Shown here one piece after another: positions 7,025 to 10,558 of a stretch of 10,558 nt of DNA. The stretch comes from Verrucomicrobiales bacterium. Lineage in GTDB: Bacteria > Verrucomicrobiota > Verrucomicrobiia > Verrucomicrobiales > V1-33. The notes under the pieces were generated by a model. It searched no databases, was not told the origin of the DNA, and was given only the letters and a program-made list of their open reading frames with translations. Each line of letters opens with the position of its first letter. The stretch's first letter is position 1. Position numbers and translations under genes: made by a program. The stretch is taken from positions 1 to 10,558 of the forward strand of contig JANOAV010000032.1 in assembly GCA_031411295.1 (NCBI GenBank), read 5' to 3'.

Positions 7025-8425
7025 ATGGCCTCCAAGACCAAACATTTTCATTTCATCGGCATCTGTGGCACCGCTATGGGAGCGGTGGCTGCGGCTATGA
7101 AGGAGCGTGGATTCAAAATTACTGGCTCGGACTCTGCGGTGTATCCACCAATCTCCACCTTTCTGGAGGAGCGCGGGATTCCACTCTCCAAGGGGTATCG
7201 GGCTGCGAATATCCCTGACAAGGCGGATGTCATCGTGGTCGGCAATGCCATTAGCCGTGGCAATGAAGAGCTTGAGGAAGTGCTGATTCGCAAATTACCC
7301 TACATTTCCCTGCCGGAAGTTCTGAAGGAGCAATTCCTGCGCACCAAGCGAAATTTGGTGGTCACCGGCACCCATGGCAAGACCACCACCACTTCCTTGC
7401 TAGCCTGGGTGCTGCAAAAAAGTGGCAAGGAACCCAGCTACTTGATCGGTGGCATCCCCCGTAATTTCTCCGGTGGCGCCAAATTCACCGAATCTGAATT
7501 TGTGGTGCTGGAGGGGGATGAGTATGACACGGCCTTCTTTGATAAACGCTCAAAGTTTCTCCATTATCTTCCGGAGGTGGTCATTATCAATAACATCGAG
7601 TTTGATCACGCCGATATTTTCAAGGACATTGATGAAATTAAGCTGAGCTTCCGCCGCCTACTGAAGGTCGTGCCGCGCAATGGGTTGGTGCTGGTGAATG
7701 GGGACGACAAGAACTGTCTGGATGTGATCGCAGACTGTCCCGCCCCCGTGATTAAGGTGGGCTTGGGACCGAACAACGACCGTCGGGTCACGGATGTGGA
7801 ATATGCCGGAGATCATACCGATTTCACGATCAACGCGCAGGCTTACCGGGTGCCCATGAATGGGGAATACAACGTGCGCAATGCCGCCATGTCCGTCTGT
7901 GCCGCCGAGTTCATTGGGTTGGAGCCCAAGAAAATCGCGGATGCCCTAAATCATTTCAAGGGCGTGGCCCGGCGTCAAGAATTGCGGGGCGAGGTGGCGG
8001 GGATCAAGGTCATTGATGACTTCGGTCACCATCCCACGGCCATTAAGCAGACGGTGGACGCGCTGAAGCGGCGGTATCCGACCGGGAAAATGTGCGCCAT
8101 TTTTGAGCCGCGATCCAATACCACCCGACGCAACATTTTCCAAAAAGATCTCCCCATTGCGTTAGGTGCCGCTGAGATCTGTATCCTCGCGCCCATCGCA
8201 GATCCTCACAAAATTGCCGAAGCCGATCGTTTAAACGTCCAGCAAGTGCTGGATGATATCGCCCGGATGGGACGGCAGGCGTTTCTGGAAGCGGATGTGG
8301 ATTCCATTGTCAAACGTGCCGTGGAAATGGTGCACCATGGAGACACGATCGTCGTCTTCAGCAATGGTGGTTTCGGAGGGATTCATCAGAAACTGCTCGA
8401 CGCCCTAGCCGAGAAAGAGGCATGA
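7025..8425 (+). CDS. mpl: UDP-N-acetylmuramate:L-alanyl-gamma-D-glutamyl-meso-diaminopimelate ligase (murein peptide ligase)
   Basis: Mpl-specific motifs are present: GICGTAMG, GSD..YPP.ST.L, GNAISRGN, GTHGKTTT (P-loop), DEYDTAFFDKRSKF, NNIEFDHADIF, DDFGHHPTAI, EPRSNT and SNGGFGGIH.KLL. Confidence 0.95.
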   Translation: MASKTKHFHFIGICGTAMGAVAAAMKERGFKITGSDSAVYPPISTFLEERGIPLSKGYRAANIPDKADVIVVGNAISRGNEELEEVLIRKLPYISLPEVLKEQFLRTKRNLVVTGTHGKTTTTSLLAWVLQKSGKEPSYLIGGIPRNFSGGAKFTESEFVVLEGDEYDTAFFDKRSKFLHYLPEVVIINNIEFDHADIFKDIDEIKLSFRRLLKVVPRNGLVLVNGDDKNCLDVIADCPAPVIKVGLGPNNDRRVTDVEYAGDHTDFTINAQAYRVPMNGEYNVRNAAMSVCAAEFIGLEPKKIADALNHFKGVARRQELRGEVAGIKVIDDFGHHPTAIKQTVDALKRRYPTGKMCAIFEPRSNTTRRNIFQKDLPIALGAAEICILAPIADPHKIAEADRLNVQQVLDDIARMGRQAFLEADVDSIVKRAVEMVHHGDTIVVFSNGGFGGIHQKLLDALAEKEA

Positions 8426-9192
8426 ATCCGGGGCTGACCAGCCATCGGAGCCACGATAGCGGAGCGATCATCCGTCGCTGGCACGCCGTGGCCCGTGCCG
8501 CGCGCCTGCAAGTGCAAACGCTGCACGTTACCGCAGGAGGATTTCCGGTGCTGTTTCTGGAAACGCGGCACCAGACCCAAAGCGGGCTCTATTTATCAGC
8601 CGGGGTGCATGGTGATGAGCCGGCTCCGGTTACCGCCTTGCTGGAATGGGCCGAAGCCAACCTATCCTTGCTGCGGCAGGGGAGTTTCGTGCTGGTGCCG
8701 TTATTCAATCCTGAGGGCCTGCGGGCCAACACTCGGACCGATGAAAACGGCCTCGACCTCAATCGCACGTTTCATGACCTCGAGAATCCGCATTTCACCG
8801 CCTGGCATCGGGCCATGGCGGGACGCAAATTCCGCTTGGGGGTAATGTTTCATGAGGATTACGATGCCCAGGGCATTTATGCCTATGAATTGAGCGGACG
8901 CAGCGGTTTGACCACTGCCCCTTTGTTGCAAGCCGCCCGCAAGTTCATGCCGCCCGACGCCCGCCGAACCATCGATGATTTCCCGGCTCGGGATGGAGTC
9001 ATCAAGCGCTCCCGGATTCCCCAACGTATCACCGGATTGCCGGAGGCACTCGTCGTCTTTCGGCAATACGCAGAAGGCACGTTCACCATTGAAACGCCTT
9101 CCGAGTTTAGCCTGACGGATCGCGTAGCGGCCCACAAGGCGGTGCTGGACGCCTTGGTGGAGATCACTTGCGAGCCAAAGCCGAAAGCCTGA
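8422..9192 (+). CDS. M14 family zinc metallocarboxypeptidase (succinylglutamate desuccinylase/aspartoacylase-like; MpaA/REP34-like)
   Basis: Zn ligands H63/E66 (SAGVHGDE) and H144 (MFHED), NPEG...R...NGLDLNR, and catalytic E224 (TIETPS). No signal peptide. Overlaps the mpl stop by 4 bp (ATGA) with AGAGG just upstream. Confidence 0.88.
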   Translation: MNPGLTSHRSHDSGAIIRRWHAVARAARLQVQTLHVTAGGFPVLFLETRHQTQSGLYLSAGVHGDEPAPVTALLEWAEANLSLLRQGSFVLVPLFNPEGLRANTRTDENGLDLNRTFHDLENPHFTAWHRAMAGRKFRLGVMFHEDYDAQGIYAYELSGRSGLTTAPLLQAARKFMPPDARRTIDDFPARDGVIKRSRIPQRITGLPEALVVFRQYAEGTFTIETPSEFSLTDRVAAHKAVLDALVEITCEPKPKA

Positions 9193-9201
9193 AAGGAAAG
9201 G

Positions 9202-9230
9202 TTTACAGATTGGCAATTTTTCGCTAGGCT
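9202..9230 (+). promoter_or_regulatory. Candidate sigma70-type promoter for the CAP-domain gene
   Basis: TTTACA (9202-9207), 17 nt, TAGGCT (9225-9230). This supports ATG 9251 rather than TTG 9230 as the start. Confidence 0.4.
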
Positions 9231-9250
9231 TGACCAAGCTCAATTGCACT

Positions 9251-10471
9251 ATGGTTACCGTTTTCCACCGCCAACTACTGGTCATGATTGCGTGCTGCAC
9301 CCCCAATGCAGTGGCCAGCACGGCATCATTTCAACCTACTGAACTGGAGCAATTCATGCTCCAAACCATTAACCGAGCCCGGGCCGACGGGAATGCCGAA
9401 ATGGTGTTGCGCGGCAATGCCGCGAACGTCAACGAAGGCCCTCCCACGTTGGGGCCGGATCCTTGGAGCATACTTAACACCGCCCAACCACTGGCTTGGA
9501 GCACCGCCCTGGCTAGTTCCGCCCAGGGACATGCGGCCAATCTCCAGTCGGCCGATTGGTTTTTCAACGGCAGCGCGTATGGTGGGAATCCGCACAACCC
9601 CAATAGCTCCTTTCCGGCCGGAGCCTCCACCCCCACTTCGCGTGTAGCCGCAGCGGGATATGCCCATACCTATAGCGGATGTCGGTCTAGCACCAATGGC
9701 TATCTGCCCGGCGTGGAGAACATTGCCTCCGGGGTCAATTTTCCGAGCAATGGGTGGTCCGCAGCAGAGAATCTGGGAGCTTTCAATGGGGCGCATGAAG
9801 GACTGTTCGAAGACTTCACCATTGCTAGTCGGGGGCACCGCAGCACCATGATGTATGAATGCTTCAAAGAAATCGGCATCGGCTCTGCCATGGCCAGTGA
9901 TTTTAGAAGCAGTGACACCACCACTTGGGATTCTTATTACATCGTGCAAAATTTCGGCAAATCCTCGACCAGCAGCAACGCCTTCCTTACCGGTCTGGCC
10001 TACAATGACGCCGACAATAACCAATTCTTCACCCCTAATGCGGCCGAGACTATCAGCGGCCTAACCGTGCAAGCCAGACAAGCTGGCAGCGTCGTCGCGT
10101 CCGTGACCGCCTTCAACACTGGCGGGTATTCCCTGCCTTTGGCGGCGGGAACTTATGAAATCCGCTTCGTGAAAGCTGACGGCAGCTATCATGCTGCGGG
10201 AAACGTCACTCTCGCCACCACCAACGTCGCCTTAAACGTCCGCAATCCAAGCTTCGTCGCTCCACCCCTAATTTATGCCACCTGGATTGCGACGTATCCC
10301 GGAGCCGCCGCAGCCCCAGGCTTCACCCAGGATGCAGACCGTGATGGGATCATCAACGGCGTGGAACACGTGCTCGGCACCGATCCCTCGAAACCAACCA
10401 CGGGACTGCAACCCGTGACCCTTAGAACCTGTCCGGCAAATAAACTTAACAGCCATAATGGGATTACTTAG
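9251..10471 (+). CDS. Secreted CAP (SCP/PR-1) domain protein with a carboxypeptidase-regulatory-like domain and a DxDxDG repeat; C-terminus probably truncated by IS insertion
   Basis: Signal peptide-like N-terminus ending AVA. CAP motifs PTELEQFMLQTINRARAD, PLAW..ALASSAQGH, ENIA, GHR...FKEIGIG and VQNFG. Then FLTGLAYNDADNNQFF...GGYSLPLAAGTY, then YATW...DADRDGIINGVEHVLGTDP. The last 15 codons (RTCPANKLNSHNGIT*) lie inside the putative IS end. Confidence 0.85.
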   Translation: MVTVFHRQLLVMIACCTPNAVASTASFQPTELEQFMLQTINRARADGNAEMVLRGNAANVNEGPPTLGPDPWSILNTAQPLAWSTALASSAQGHAANLQSADWFFNGSAYGGNPHNPNSSFPAGASTPTSRVAAAGYAHTYSGCRSSTNGYLPGVENIASGVNFPSNGWSAAENLGAFNGAHEGLFEDFTIASRGHRSTMMYECFKEIGIGSAMASDFRSSDTTTWDSYYIVQNFGKSSTSSNAFLTGLAYNDADNNQFFTPNAAETISGLTVQARQAGSVVASVTAFNTGGYSLPLAAGTYEIRFVKADGSYHAAGNVTLATTNVALNVRNPSFVAPPLIYATWIATYPGAAAAPGFTQDADRDGIINGVEHVLGTDPSKPTTGLQPVTLRTCPANKLNSHNGIT

Positions 10472-10558
10472 TGAGGCGTCTGACGGCGAAGCCGATCATG
10501 GCGAGATAGACAAAGGCTTCGTGGTGACTGGGTTTGCGCTCGTGGTCGCGCACGAGGC
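10425..10558 (-). mobile_element. Right end of an IS5-family insertion sequence (probably IS1031 group), partial
   Basis: The transposase C-terminus on the minus strand is followed about 40 nt later by a terminus-like sequence GAACCTGTCCGGCAAATAA starting at 10425. A TTA (10422-10424) flanks it, consistent with a 3-bp target duplication. The other end is outside the window. Confidence 0.75.
10464..10558 (-). CDS. IS5-family transposase, C-terminal 30 aa (5' partial)
   Basis: Minus-strand translation (R)LVRDHERKPSHHEAFVYLAMIGFAVRRLTK* matches the IS5/IS1031-type C-terminal consensus RRLxxDYER...EAxIYLAMIxxMxRRL. It is not in the ORF track. Confidence 0.82.
   Translation of the reverse strand, partial: LVRDHERKPSHHEAFVYLAMIGFAVRRLTK

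Noticed and set aside
7025..8425. Alternative call murC
   Set aside because: GICGTAMG, DEYDTAFFDKRSKF, EPRSNT and SNGGFGG are Mpl-type. The MurC motifs GIGGxGMS, EADESD and FQPHR are absent.
8422..9192. Assigning gene symbol mpaA or astE
   Set aside because: The motifs establish the M14 family only. The substrate cannot be determined from the sequence by eye.
9251..9300. Lipoprotein lipobox (MIAC) in the CAP protein signal
   Set aside because: It is a poor lipobox match with a short h-region. AVA cleavage by signal peptidase I is at least as plausible, so this is unresolved without SignalP.
8701..10024. Minus-strand ORFs 8701-9321 and 9326-10024
   Set aside because: They are antisense to well-supported M14 and CAP genes and carry no motifs.
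1..10558. CRISPR arrays, tRNA/rRNA genes, long DNA tandem repeats, defence-system genes
   Set aside because: None was seen. Repetition exists only at the diverged protein level inside the protease gene.

Overview
Bacterial genomic window, most consistent with a Verrucomicrobiota chromosome (inferred from protein motif style and SD-poor leaders). It holds five genes and one IS end. (1) A giant minus-strand ORF that the ORF track missed (5116 to <1, >1705 aa, open past the left edge). It encodes an exported M11/gametolysin-like metzincin zinc protease (HEVGHNFGLNH plus Met-turn), followed by PKD, carboxypeptidase-regulatory-like and Ig/cadherin-like repeats. Two of those repeats carry whole lectin-like beta-sandwich domains nested inside them. 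(2) A zinc-ribbon / single-TM / periplasmic-domain hypothetical protein. (3) Divergently, mpl (murein tripeptide ligase), which overlaps (ATGA) with (4) an M14 zinc carboxypeptidase. (5) A secreted CAP/SCP-domain protein whose 3' end appears interrupted by the right end of an IS5-family element. The C-terminus of that element's transposase lies at the window's right edge. All domain calls are by manual motif recognition; no database searches were run.
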